This document shows, piece by piece, positions 21,890-32,373 of a stretch of 64,000 bases of DNA (position 1 is the first letter of the stretch; each line of letters begins with the position of its first letter). The DNA is from Candidatus Poribacteria bacterium (GTDB lineage: Bacteria; Poribacteria; WGA-4E; PCPOR2b): positions 3,904,001 through 3,968,000 of the forward strand of contig OZ244587.1 of assembly GCA_965218095.1 (NCBI GenBank), in the 5' to 3' direction. The position numbers were made by a program, and so were the translations under genes. The notes beneath the pieces are model-generated. The model was not told the DNA's origin, did no database searches, and saw only the letters and a program-made list of their open reading frames with translations.

Positions 21890-22532
21890 GTTCTGTTGAC
21901 ATTTCAAGGGAGCCATATAAGAGTGGAGACAAAGCTGAGAAATCCAAAATAACGGACAGCTAGCTTCTCAAACCGAGAGAAGATACGACGATACCATTTT
22001 ATCTTGTTGATGAAACATTCAACCAGATGTCTCTCTTTGTAGTAAGTGTTTGTCATACGTTCTTTGGTCAACACGATGACTTTTTGGCGGTATCACCGCA
22101 ATCGCTCCATTCGTCTTGATAACCGCGATAAAAGCGTCCGAATCGTACCCCTTGTCTCCAATCACATATTCACTGTTATATCCGATTATCAACCCTTCCG
22201 CCTCAGTTATGTCATGTCTCTGACCGGGCGTCAGATGAATTCTTAGCGGATTGCCTAGTCCGTCAACTGTGATGTGATTTTTTGTACTGAAACCACCCCG
22301 AGACCGACCTAATGCTTGGTTTTCAGTGCCACCCTTTTTTTTAAGGCGCCCGCCGCACACGGGTGAGCACGGGAGATGGTACTGTCCACAATAAGCGACT
22401 CGATATCGGGGTCAGAGGCAAAGTGGGGGTGCATCTGTGTGAAGATACCTTTGTCGCACCATCAAGCAAACCGCTTGTAGCGGGTGTTCCATTTGCCATA
22501 GGTGTCTGGTAGAAGTCTCCATTGAGCCCCAC
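21890..22532 (-). mobile_element. IS5-family (IS427-like) element, truncated and frameshifted
   Basis: GRSRGGFSTK, GQRHD, GDKGYDSD, ERHLVECFINKIK..RFEK; right end TCAACAGAACC. Confidence 0.85.
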
Positions 22533-22539
22533 TACGAGT

Positions 22540-23250
22540 CACCCACAGGACGGCTTCGACGAAGCGGCGTGTAGAAGCTTCGTCGAAGGCGTGTCCCAGT
22601 TCATGTGCCACCACACCCTATCTAAATTCGCCAGGAACCAACGCATATCCACCATTTTTTTCCTTCCGGGTACCAACCCCTCCCGCATCACCAATTGAAT
22701 TACTACTATTGTCACTGACGATGAGATAAACGTTCGCAGAGAGATCAAACACCTGCGCAATCTCATTAGCCTCAGTACCGGAGTAGGAACCGGGAATGTA
22801 GTGGCTATCGGGGTGTTGCCCATTCACGCAATGCACCATCGGCTCGCCTTGGGGGTCGGTTTCAACGTGGAAGGTTTTGTTCCCATACCCGTGTGTTTGC
22901 ATCTGCTCGGCATAGAAGGTTTGAATGTTGCGAATCTTATCTTTCATTCGCTGAACCACGTTGGCGCGAAATGGCCGGTCGCTGGGCAAGAAGTAGATCA
23001 TCCCCACGGTGCGGGGTTCGCCGATGTTCAAATCCGCCGCAAAGGCTCGGGCATAACGGCGGTTGTCCGGCTGACAATCAATAACGCCGCAAAGATACAC
23101 CCCGTTTCCCCCTGATGGCTGAGGGGAGGCAACGGCGGGGTTGAGTGTAGAGGCGATGAGATAAATTATTATGGAATACAAGGTGAAACGAAAAATTGTG
23201 TTTTCATCGCTATGTTTATTTCCTTTGTGGTTGGAAATGTGTGTGAGAAG
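22540..23250 (-). pseudogene. N-terminal remnant of a secreted HEXXH metallopeptidase-like protein
   Basis: PRTVGMIYFLPSDRPF..FYAEQM..HGYG; VAHELGHAF in a shifted frame near 22585-22615; truncated at the IS5 remnant. Confidence 0.6.
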
Positions 23251-23659
23251 CATCTGTGCCTCGAAGGTGAAACGGATCAACTCCTTTACGGTCAAGGTGA
23301 GTCGTCGCGCAATTTATAACGCGTCTTGAGAAAACGGGCGATGAATCGCCCGACTGCGTCCGCGGCGATCAGAATACCACAAAATCAGGTTAAAAGTCAC
23401 CCTTTTTTTGCACTCGATTTTGAAAGTTTTAAAGTGTCCCGACATAGAAATTTCAAAAGGTTCGCTAATTGATTGGATCTGGGGAAAATTTATGACACAT
23501 CTCAATGAGGAATTGGTATAATATCGATAAGGGCTAACGCTCGTTAGCGTCTACTCAAAGTCACCCAAAAAAGAAATCGAAATTTTTGACAAATTGGGAT
23601 GGGTATGCTATGCTTTTGACGTGATGATAGCATCCTCGTTTCAACATGGAGGCCCACCT

Positions 23660-24550
23660 ATGACTATAGACTCGACTGTCACCGTTGAAGATCTTGAAGT
23701 GTTTGCGGACGATTTAGCCCCCCGACAGGCTGCTGCAATCTTTCAGGAGCATGGTGCATTGGTCGTCCGTGGGTCAATGAAACCGTATATCGATAAAATA
23801 CACCGAGACATCGAAGCCGCAGCAGCAGAGTCAATTGCTGCACTCGACCGGGCGGAAAAAATTGTGGAGGGCTGGCGCACACCCGGCGGCACACTCTTTC
23901 TGCCTGCGCCGCCGGGCTACTCCCGTGAGGTGCAGATCATGGTTCTCGCCATCAGCTACTATACCAGCGCCGCGTTTTTCCGCTCTGCACTTGATGAACG
24001 CGCGTTGGATATTGTTGAAGCGATTCTGGGCCCGAACATCGAGCTCTTTGGGAATGGGCAGTGCCTCTACAAAGAGCCGGTCGGTGGGCACCCGAAACAC
24101 CTGCATCAGGATTCCGCCTACTTTGAACACCGCTACGAGGGCCCTGTGGGGATTCTGAGCTATGTGGTGGATACAGATCTGGTAAACGGCGCACTGCATG
24201 TCGTCCCCGGCTCACACCGGCTCGGTCAACTTAAGCATATCGATACCTTTTCTCACCTCGGATTAGATGACGATGAATGGCCATGGGAGCGAGCGCTGCC
24301 AATCGTCGGCAAAGCTGGGGACTCAATCTTCTTCCACGTCAAGATGGTTCACGGCTCTAAGCAGAATCACTCGGACAAGCCGCGCCCGGTTTTCATCAAT
24401 CGCTACCGTCGGGTTGATGATTACGTCGTTATCAGCGCAACCACCACGGCAAATCGAGCCGAAGCCGAGAAACGCGCCACCGAAGCGAAGAAAACGAATG
24501 AGCAGCGGGGGATGATGGTTCGTGGTTTCCGTCCTTACACAGAAACGTAG
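23660..24550 (+). CDS. Phytanoyl-CoA dioxygenase family (PhyH) protein
   Basis: HQD..NGAL.VVPGSH..VHGS..R. Confidence 0.9.
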   Translation: MTIDSTVTVEDLEVFADDLAPRQAAAIFQEHGALVVRGSMKPYIDKIHRDIEAAAAESIAALDRAEKIVEGWRTPGGTLFLPAPPGYSREVQIMVLAISYYTSAAFFRSALDERALDIVEAILGPNIELFGNGQCLYKEPVGGHPKHLHQDSAYFEHRYEGPVGILSYVVDTDLVNGALHVVPGSHRLGQLKHIDTFSHLGLDDDEWPWERALPIVGKAGDSIFFHVKMVHGSKQNHSDKPRPVFINRYRRVDDYVVISATTTANRAEAEKRATEAKKTNEQRGMMVRGFRPYTET

Positions 24551-24679
24551 GAAGATCTGGAAGTAGGACGTGAGTTAATAAGTACAAGAGTTCAGGAGAG
24601 CACCAACGACTGAACCCCTGAACCCTTGAATCTCTGTCAGCCTGCGATTTACGCTGAAATCCGGTACTTCCGAAATGAA

Positions 24680-25075
24680 ATGCAAGCCAAACAGATACTG
24701 GAAACCTGCCTGTACGTAAATGATCTGAAAGCCGCAGAAGCGTTTTACAGCCGCGTCCTGGGGTTAGAGGCTTTCTCCCGCGTTGAAGACCGCCACGTAT
24801 TTTTCCGTTGCGGCGACGGGGTCTTCCTGCTGTTTAACGCGGCAAAAACCCAGGAGCTGGGGGGTGATGTGCCGCCGCACGGCGCAGATGGGCCGGGACA
24901 TGCCGCATTCGCCATGCAGGACGCCGACATTCCAGCGTGGCGGGAGCATTTGCGCCAGAATGGTGTGGCGATTGAGAAGGAAATTTCCTGGCCCAGCAGC
25001 GGCTATTCAATCTATTTCCGCGACCCGGCGGACAATAGCGTTGAACTTGCTACACCTAAAACCTGGGGACTTTGA
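24680..25075 (+). CDS. VOC/glyoxalase family protein
   Basis: ETCLYV.DL..AEAFY; GHAAF; SIYFRDPADNSVEL. Confidence 0.9.
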   Translation: MQAKQILETCLYVNDLKAAEAFYSRVLGLEAFSRVEDRHVFFRCGDGVFLLFNAAKTQELGGDVPPHGADGPGHAAFAMQDADIPAWREHLRQNGVAIEKEISWPSSGYSIYFRDPADNSVELATPKTWGL

Positions 25076-25298
25076 TGAACAAGGATGCATACCGTAAAAA
25101 TCAGCATAAATCTGCGTATGTCGAGTGTGAAACGTGATGAGACCGCGATTTTTTTTCACGTTTCACGCCATCACGTTTCACTTATGCGTAATTTTATCAC
25201 TATAGACAATATAGTGTAAGTTATCCCCTGATACTGTAAGTTATCCCCTGATACCTTGAATCTCTGTATCCTGGTTACATAGAGGAACGACTATAGCA

Positions 25299-26099
25299 AT
25301 GACCGACGAAGAACGTTTCCGTTTTGACTTATCCGGTTTCCTCGTGCGTCCGGCGATTTTAACGCCCGATGAGGTCGCCGAGATTGTCGATCAGATTGAC
25401 CGCATCAAACACAACCCCGAATCCCTGCCTCCGGCGCATCGCGCGGTGCCGGGCGGGCCGTCGAGTGTGCTCATCAATCACCCGAAGGTTATCGACGTGC
25501 TTCACGAAATTATCGGGCCTGATGTTCGGCTTGAGAATAGCTACTGTGTCTGGCGATTGAAGGGAGAAGCGCATGGGGAACTTCACGGGGGCGGACCGGG
25601 GCAAGCCGACCCGATCTTCGGTTATCGCGTCAAGAATGGACGGATTCACGCGGGGATGGTGCGGGTTGTCTTTGAGTTGACCGACGTCAGCAAAACAGAT
25701 GGCGGCACCCATTTCGTCGTCGGCAGCCACAAGGCGAACTTCCCCATGCACCCAGATCATCTGTCGTTAGAGCCGGGGAAGCGGAGTCCGTTTTTGATGA
25801 GCTACGATTGTCCCGCCGGCAGCGTGATTTTTTTCACCGAGAACATCTGTCATGCAGGACCGGTTTGGCAGCGGGAAACGCCACGCGTCGCCGTGCTTAA
25901 CGCCTACGCCCATCTCGCCACGCATTGGCATCGCCTGACGACTCCACCGGAGATAATTGCGTCGCTTTCGCGAGAAAAACAAGCCTACTTCCGTGAGCCG
26001 TGGATCGCCGATTTCCGCACCCGTCCCGTGACGCATAACACAATCGAGCGTTTTGTCAACAACGATGAGCCGCCGGTAAATACGGATCATCAACCTTGA
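25299..26099 (+). CDS. PhyH-family protein with an HxG iron motif
   Basis: FDLSGF, LHGGG, GGTHFVVGSHK, ICHAG..R. Confidence 0.85.
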   Translation: MTDEERFRFDLSGFLVRPAILTPDEVAEIVDQIDRIKHNPESLPPAHRAVPGGPSSVLINHPKVIDVLHEIIGPDVRLENSYCVWRLKGEAHGELHGGGPGQADPIFGYRVKNGRIHAGMVRVVFELTDVSKTDGGTHFVVGSHKANFPMHPDHLSLEPGKRSPFLMSYDCPAGSVIFFTENICHAGPVWQRETPRVAVLNAYAHLATHWHRLTTPPEIIASLSREKQAYFREPWIADFRTRPVTHNTIERFVNNDEPPVNTDHQP

Positions 26100-26125
26100 A
26101 TCGTCGTCCCAATGCGTAAAACGTA

Positions 26126-26878
26126 ATGGAGGAGATATTGATGCTGACAGACACAGAACAATCTCAACTGGATGAACAGGGATTCGTCCTTTTGGAGAAT
26201 GTTATCACCGCAGATGAAGCTGAAGAACTGCGCGAGCTATCAATGTCCCTCGCTAGGCAGGAGCGGGAGGTGTCGGGGGAGCATGTGTATCTGGACGACA
26301 AGGCGCAGCGGGTCTGGAATCTGGTGAACAAAGGCGAATTGTACGAACAAGCCATCCAGCATCCGCGCGTACTCAGCGCGATGGAGTATCTGCTTGGTGA
26401 GGACTGCACGCTCAGTTCATTCACCGTCAACGTTATCGGTCCCGGTGCGCCTGAGGGCAACCTTCATATTGATTACCCCTTGGGCGCGATGCCCACGCCC
26501 CGGCCGAGCTTTCCCCTTTCTGCCAATAGCGTCTGGTTTCTCGACGATTTTACGCTTGAGAATGGCGCGACCTGTTGCGTTCCCGGCAGTCACCGCAGAC
26601 TCGAATCCCGCCCCGAGCCGGATGTCAAATACGACGACGAAGTGCAGATCACCGGGCCGAAAGGTTCTGTGATGATTATCAACGGAGCCCTGTGGCATGG
26701 CTCGTCCGTGAACCACACCGATCGAGATCGCGTCTGTCTGCTCGGTTTCTTCTGTCGCGCTTTTATGAAGCCGCAACAAGATCAACAGAAAATCGTTTCC
26801 GAGGAAGTTGTCGCTCGCGCTACACCGACATTGCGGCGGCTACTTGGCTTTGACTCAATGCCGAATACCAATGCTTGA
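26126..26878 (+). CDS. PhyH-family dioxygenase
   Basis: LHID, DFTLENGAT..VPGSH, LWHGS. Confidence 0.9.
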   Translation: MEEILMLTDTEQSQLDEQGFVLLENVITADEAEELRELSMSLARQEREVSGEHVYLDDKAQRVWNLVNKGELYEQAIQHPRVLSAMEYLLGEDCTLSSFTVNVIGPGAPEGNLHIDYPLGAMPTPRPSFPLSANSVWFLDDFTLENGATCCVPGSHRRLESRPEPDVKYDDEVQITGPKGSVMIINGALWHGSSVNHTDRDRVCLLGFFCRAFMKPQQDQQKIVSEEVVARATPTLRRLLGFDSMPNTNA

Positions 26879-29800
26879 TCCAAACGGAGTGAATCTGAAG
26901 ATAAAGATGAACATCAAAAGCGGAGATATTATACAATCCGATCGATGGCCGGAACCTGTAGCAATTGACCTTGTGGAAGATATGGGGGAATACGTCCGTC
27001 TGGTTGGCTCCACGACTCAGTCGCGGCAACATATCGACGATATACTTCCCCGTGACGAAGTGAATGCGTTGCAGGCAGGGAAACTCGCACCGGACTTCAC
27101 GGCAGAGGCACGTCACGTTTTCCTCAGTCTTGAGGCGCGACGATACCGATATGCCTCTCTCTACGATTCGCTTTTTGCTGTCAACGCTTCTAAGGTCGAT
27201 CCCTTGCCCCATCAGGTGGAGGCGGTCTACGGCTATGTTCTCAAACTACCACGAATCCGCTTTTTGATTGCTGACGATCCCGGCGCGGGCAAGACAATTA
27301 TGGCGGGGCTTATCATCAAAGAGTTGAAACTCCGTCATCTGATTAATCGGATCTTGATTGTAGTGCCGGGACATCTCAAAGACCAGTGGCGAAGGGAGTT
27401 AAAGGATCGGTTTGAGGAAAATTTTATCATTATGGAGCGAGGCCTTCTCGATTCACAGCCCGGTGAGAACCTCTGGACGCGTGAGTCTCATCTGATTACT
27501 TCCATTGATTTCGCCAAGCGTGACGATGTTATGCCCTCCATTGCATCGGCTCAGTGGGATCTGGTTATTGTGGACGAGGCGCATAAAATGGCGGCTTACC
27601 AGTATGGCGATAAGTTGGACAAAACCAGTCGTTATCGGTTAGGGGAGACGCTATCGAGAATCTCAACCCATCTGTTGTTCCTGACCGCAACCCCACACAA
27701 GGGCGACCCCGAAAATTTCAGGTTGTTCTTGGATCTCCTTGAACCGGGATTCTTTGCGAATAGTGAGATGCTCCGTGAATCCATCACGGCAAGAGACAAT
27801 CCGCTCTTTATCCGTCGTGTGAAAGAGGATCTGAAGGATTTTGAAGGAAAACCGCTGTTTCTACCTCGGCACGTCCAAACGCTCCCGTTTAATCTCGGCG
27901 TCGATTCACCAAAAGAGAAAAACCTCTACAACCAGCTTTCCGAATATGTCAACGGTCAATACAACAAGGCACTGACAAAGGACAAAAAGAACAATGTGGC
28001 GTTTGCCCTCGTCATCTTGCAACGCCGACTCGCGTCCAGTACCTATGCCTTGCTCAAGTCACTGGAGCGTCGAAAAGCCCGTCTCTCTGAATTGTTGGAA
28101 GGCGCGGAGGAAAGAAAGCAAACGGGAAATAACGTTGATTTTGAGACGATCGACGATTTGAGTGAGGAGGAACGTTGGCAAGAGGAAGAAATTTGGGAAA
28201 CGCTTTCAGTTGCAGAGAATCGGGAGGAGCTGAGACGTGAAATCGAAACCCTTGAAACGCTGGCAGAGGGAGCCAGAGGGATTATCGAAAATGAAAAAGA
28301 AATCAAAGTCACAGCACTGAGGAAGGCACTTGATGACTTTAAGGAACGTTTCCCCGGCGAAAAAATTCTGATTTTCACCGAGTCGCGGGATACACTCGAA
28401 CATCTTCAGGAAAAGAGCACAGGATGGGGGTATACCGTCACGGTCATTCATGGCGGGTTGCGGCTCGAAGAGCGGATTGAAGCGGAGAGTGAGTTCAAAA
28501 ACCACACCCAGATTCTGATTGCGACGGAAGCTGCCGGTGAAGGGATTAACCTACAATTCTGCCACCTGATGATCAATTATGACCTGCCTTGGAATCCGAA
28601 TCGGCTTGAGCAGCGGATGGGACGTATCCATCGGTATGGACAGACCAAAGAGTGCTTTGTGGTGAACCTTGTTGCGGAAGACACGCGAGAGGGAATGGTG
28701 TTGACAACCCTTTTCGAGAAGATTGAAGAGATTAAAAACGCGTTGGGCAGCGATAAGGTGTTCGACGTATTGAGCGAAGTCCTGTATGGGGTGAACCTCT
28801 CTCATCTGTTGTTGGAAGCGGCAGCCAATGCAAAGAACCTTGATGAGATTCTAGCAGAAATTGACATTGAAGTTGATGAGGACTATATCACCGAAGTCAA
28901 AGAGAACTTGGGCGAAAGCCTCGCGACCCATTACATTGATTATACCCGTCTGCACGAAATGGCGGAGCGCGCTCGTGAACGGCGTCTCATTCCCGAATAC
29001 ACCGATGCCTTTTTCCGAAAAGCCTTCGCAACACTCAAAGGTAGATTGCACGATCGCCGAGACGGGTTCCTTGGGATTGACAGTATCCCGCTCCGCATCC
29101 GAAGACTTGCCGAAGCAGATACCTTTAAGCGGAAACACGGGCCCATGTCCAGAACGTATCCGAAAGCTACTTTTGACAAAGAGGTTGCCTTCAGAAACCC
29201 CGATGCCGAATTTATCTCTTTTGGACACCCTCTGTTTGAAGCCGTTCTCGGTTGGGTCGAAGAGGAACTCTCCGATTGTCTGAAACAGGGCGCGGTCTTT
29301 GAAGACCCCGATGGGAAGCTGGATGGGGTGATTCTGTTCTATGAAGGCGAGATTCGGGATGGTTTGGGGCAGGTCGTTGGGACACGACTGTTTGCCTTCT
29401 ACGTTCAATCCGATACAGGGGCGGTTGAACCAATCGACCCAGCGACCATTTGGGATGTAGCGGAAAGCATGCAGCGGACGGCACCCATAGACATCGAAGC
29501 GTTGAAAGGTCGGGTCATGGCAGAGTTAATGCCTGTCCTTGCAGGTTACAGGAGTGAACTTGCGGCTGAACGGAAACGACAGGCGGAAATTAAAGAAAAA
29601 TACGGTCTCACCTCGCTTGACCATCTCATCGTCCAATTGGATGGCGAGCTGATTCAACTCAAAGACCGCCGAGAGAAAGGTGAGAACGTCGATCTGGTCA
29701 TACGCAATAAAGAAGAACAGAAGGGCGGCTATCATCACGCCCACGGTGAGTTGAAGCGCGTCATTGTTCAAGAGCAAGCCTTGACGATGAGTACCCCCAA

Positions 29801-30251
29801 CTACCTCGGCGCCATTCGAGTGTTGCCTTCAGCGGTGGAACCTGCTATCATACCAAATACTGTCGAAATTGAATGGATCGGCATGGAAACCGCGATGCGC
29901 TACGAGCGTGAACAGGGGCGCGAGCCTGAAGATGTCTCCGCCGAAAATCTCGGCTTTGATGTACGCTCAACCGATTCGGCAGGGGTGAAACGGTATATCG
30001 AAGTCAAAGCGCGGGCGGGGCTTGGGCCAGTGACTTTGACGCAAAATGAGTGGTTCAAAGCTAAACAGTTCAAATCGGACTATTTCCTTTATGTCGTCCT
30101 CAACACCGCGACGCAGCCCGAGCTCCATATTATCCAGAACCCAGCTGAACAAACACAACCAGCAGAAAAGATTGAAGCGCGGTATCAGATTTCTTTGGGA
30201 GAAATTCGGGAAAAAGGAGCGGAATATTCTACGGGAAACTACGGTTCGTAG
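26871..30251 (+). CDS. SNF2-family helicase with a C-terminal DUF3883 (PD-(D/E)XK-like) domain
   Basis: PLPHQ, ADDPGAGKT, VDEAHK, TATPH, EAAGEGINLQ, EQRMGRIHRYGQ, GFDVRS..IEVK; start at 26871 or 26907. Confidence 0.92.
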   Translation: MLDPNGVNLKIKMNIKSGDIIQSDRWPEPVAIDLVEDMGEYVRLVGSTTQSRQHIDDILPRDEVNALQAGKLAPDFTAEARHVFLSLEARRYRYASLYDSLFAVNASKVDPLPHQVEAVYGYVLKLPRIRFLIADDPGAGKTIMAGLIIKELKLRHLINRILIVVPGHLKDQWRRELKDRFEENFIIMERGLLDSQPGENLWTRESHLITSIDFAKRDDVMPSIASAQWDLVIVDEAHKMAAYQYGDKLDKTSRYRLGETLSRISTHLLFLTATPHKGDPENFRLFLDLLEPGFFANSEMLRESITARDNPLFIRRVKEDLKDFEGKPLFLPRHVQTLPFNLGVDSPKEKNLYNQLSEYVNGQYNKALTKDKKNNVAFALVILQRRLASSTYALLKSLERRKARLSELLEGAEERKQTGNNVDFETIDDLSEEERWQEEEIWETLSVAENREELRREIETLETLAEGARGIIENEKEIKVTALRKALDDFKERFPGEKILIFTESRDTLEHLQEKSTGWGYTVTVIHGGLRLEERIEAESEFKNHTQILIATEAAGEGINLQFCHLMINYDLPWNPNRLEQRMGRIHRYGQTKECFVVNLVAEDTREGMVLTTLFEKIEEIKNALGSDKVFDVLSEVLYGVNLSHLLLEAAANAKNLDEILAEIDIEVDEDYITEVKENLGESLATHYIDYTRLHEMAERARERRLIPEYTDAFFRKAFATLKGRLHDRRDGFLGIDSIPLRIRRLAEADTFKRKHGPMSRTYPKATFDKEVAFRNPDAEFISFGHPLFEAVLGWVEEELSDCLKQGAVFEDPDGKLDGVILFYEGEIRDGLGQVVGTRLFAFYVQSDTGAVEPIDPATIWDVAESMQRTAPIDIEALKGRVMAELMPVLAGYRSELAAERKRQAEIKEKYGLTSLDHLIVQLDGELIQLKDRREKGENVDLVIRNKEEQKGGYHHAHGELKRVIVQEQALTMSTPNYLGAIRVLPSAVEPAIIPNTVEIEWIGMETAMRYEREQGREPEDVSAENLGFDVRSTDSAGVKRYIEVKARAGLGPVTLTQNEWFKAKQFKSDYFLYVVLNTATQPELHIIQNPAEQTQPAEKIEARYQISLGEIREKGAEYSTGNYGS

Positions 30252-30290
30252 TAGCACAATTTATTGTGCGTTGTAGGGGTGATGAATCAC
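30243..30290. repeat. GTAG REP-like element overlapping the helicase stop
   Basis: GGTTCGTAGTAG followed by a GCACAATTTATTGTGC hairpin. Confidence 0.6.
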
Positions 30291-30443
30291 TCAATAATGA
30301 TCGTTTTTAGCGGATTGATGGTTTTCTTCGATAGAGGCCTGCGGGCGAGATGGCATTATAAACCCTGTGTTTTTGATGCTGAAATTATGCTACCATCGTA
30401 TGTGTGCTAGAGGTTTTATTTTTACACAAAGGGAGATGAGACA

Positions 30444-31769
30444 ATGAGCAGCTATTTTATTGAATCCTTTAATATAACCAAGCTGTGGGGTTATCGAGAC
30501 ATTAACCTAACTTTTAACAACGATGTGAATATATTGATAGGTCCAAATGCCTCCGGTAAAACCACTATTTTGAACCTCCTTCACTCTATCTTATCAGCCA
30601 ATTTACGAAGTGTCTCAGATGTTAATTTTGACCAAGCAGAGATTAAGTTGAGGAGTTTCAAAGGTAGATCTGAACGCACAATTAAGGTTGACACTGCTAA
30701 TGGGATATTCAGTGTAGGACAGAAAAAATTTAAGATTGATATGATTGCTATTGCTAATCGAAAACTTCCCGAATCCCAGGACCCCTTTGAGAAAGGCTTT
30801 GAAAAAGGTAGCTATATCAGGGGAACGGCTTTTCGAAGTTTTGTTATACATACTTTCAGAGAGAAAATGGTAATAGAGGAACTTTATGATGAATTAACTG
30901 CTTTAGTTCCTATTGTGTGGCTCCCCGTTAGTCGTCGTTTACCTGTAACAGAGGATGAGAAAGAATCGCATACAAGGACAGGTCCTTTAGAATCGGTAGA
31001 CTTGCGGCTTGATGAATTGCTCGATGAACTTTCTGACTATCACTCTGGCTTAAACGCACAACTTTCTAAACATTATAGGAAATTTGAGCATCAAGCCTTA
31101 TCAGTGATACTGTATAGTGAAGAAGATGACCAACTTGATTCAATTCCTCCTTCATTCCCAACCCAAGCGGAAAAGGAGCAATTGCTGAGAGCTTTTGAGG
31201 CTGCTGGCCTTTTAGATGAGCAGATGCGAATCAGAATTGATGAGCATTTTGCTGAAATGGGAAAGGTGTTGGAGACGATTCGTGAAATCAAAGACATTGA
31301 TTCGGACTCAGGTTTAGAAGATCTCCTTGAGCTCCTGCTTATCCGTCGAACACATTCTATGGTAGGATACGCTAGAGAGCTCGAAGAGGATAGAGAGCGT
31401 ATTTTTAAACCCTTGCGAGATTATGAGGAAACTGTTAATTCATTTTTGGATGGAAAATCTGTTAAAGTTGATGAAAGGGGTAAGTTAAAAATTGAGTCTT
31501 CTTCATTATCGGCTTTGAATCCACATCACTTGTCCTCGGGTGAAAAACAGATTCTGATTTTACTCACCGAAGCCCTTCTTCGATTTGATGAGCCGGTAGT
31601 CTATATTGCAGATGAGCCAGAGTTGTCGCTTCATGTGACTTGGCAGGAAAAGCTTTTGGAGTCTTTGGTAAAGCTTGGTGGACAAATACAGGCAATTGTT
31701 GCAACGCACTCCCCCGATATTGTTGGGAAATTTAGGGATAAAGTTATAAATTTGGGAGGGACAAGCTAA
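30444..31769 (+). CDS. ABC-type ATPase (AAA_21/AAA_15-like, defence-associated)
   Basis: GPNASGKT, LSSGEKQ, IADEPELSLH, ATHSP; AT-richer than its flanks. Confidence 0.88.
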   Translation: MSSYFIESFNITKLWGYRDINLTFNNDVNILIGPNASGKTTILNLLHSILSANLRSVSDVNFDQAEIKLRSFKGRSERTIKVDTANGIFSVGQKKFKIDMIAIANRKLPESQDPFEKGFEKGSYIRGTAFRSFVIHTFREKMVIEELYDELTALVPIVWLPVSRRLPVTEDEKESHTRTGPLESVDLRLDELLDELSDYHSGLNAQLSKHYRKFEHQALSVILYSEEDDQLDSIPPSFPTQAEKEQLLRAFEAAGLLDEQMRIRIDEHFAEMGKVLETIREIKDIDSDSGLEDLLELLLIRRTHSMVGYARELEEDRERIFKPLRDYEETVNSFLDGKSVKVDERGKLKIESSSLSALNPHHLSSGEKQILILLTEALLRFDEPVVYIADEPELSLHVTWQEKLLESLVKLGGQIQAIVATHSPDIVGKFRDKVINLGGTS

Positions 31770-31978
31770 TGGCGTTTTCACGAACACCCTCGGGGGTAGC
31801 TGCAAAATATCTTTTTGTTTATGTAAAGGACCATACCGATATTCCTCACCATCCAACCCGACAGGATTCGCAGCGAAAAAAGAAACCGAAATTGGATTGG
31901 ATTGGCGGCTTAAAGGAATATCGGGATCAGTATACAGCGCTTGAACTACAGAAAAAAGCGTTAGACTGGAGGGATTAG
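31769..31978 (+). CDS. Small chimeric ORF: DUF4435-like N-terminus + DUF2281-antitoxin-like C-terminus
   Basis: MAFSRTPSG..YLFVYVKD.TDIP joined to KPKLDWIGGLKEYRDQYTALELQKKALDWRD; overlaps both neighbours by 1 nt. Confidence 0.6.
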   Translation: MAFSRTPSGVAAKYLFVYVKDHTDIPHHPTRQDSQRKKKPKLDWIGGLKEYRDQYTALELQKKALDWRD

Positions 31979-32373
31979 TGTACCTAATAGATACCAACAT
32001 TTTTCTTGAAGGATTGTTGGGCCAAGATAGAGCAACCGAAGTTCAATCTTTTTTCCAATCAATTGATTGGAGTACAATCTCCATGACGGATTTTTCTCTT
32101 CATTCAGTCGGTATTATCCTGTTCAAGTTGAAGAAGTTTGCACTTTTTATCTCATTCATGGAGGATATCCTTGTTAATGATGTCGATATCCTCTCATTGG
32201 ATCCAGAAGATCTTAAGACATTAAACCAGTTAGCTCAGAAATTCAACCTTGATTTTGATGACGCCTACCAATATGCTGTCGCCGAGGAATATGACCTACA
32301 ACTCATCAGTTTTGATAAGGATTTTGATCAAACAGATAGAGAACGAAAGGAGCCCGCCGAGCTGCTAAAATGA
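31978..32373 (+). CDS. PIN-domain (VapC-like) ribonuclease toxin
   Basis: YLIDTNIFLE, LDFDDAYQ, SFDKDF. Confidence 0.9.
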   Translation: MYLIDTNIFLEGLLGQDRATEVQSFFQSIDWSTISMTDFSLHSVGIILFKLKKFALFISFMEDILVNDVDILSLDPEDLKTLNQLAQKFNLDFDDAYQYAVAEEYDLQLISFDKDFDQTDRERKEPAELLK

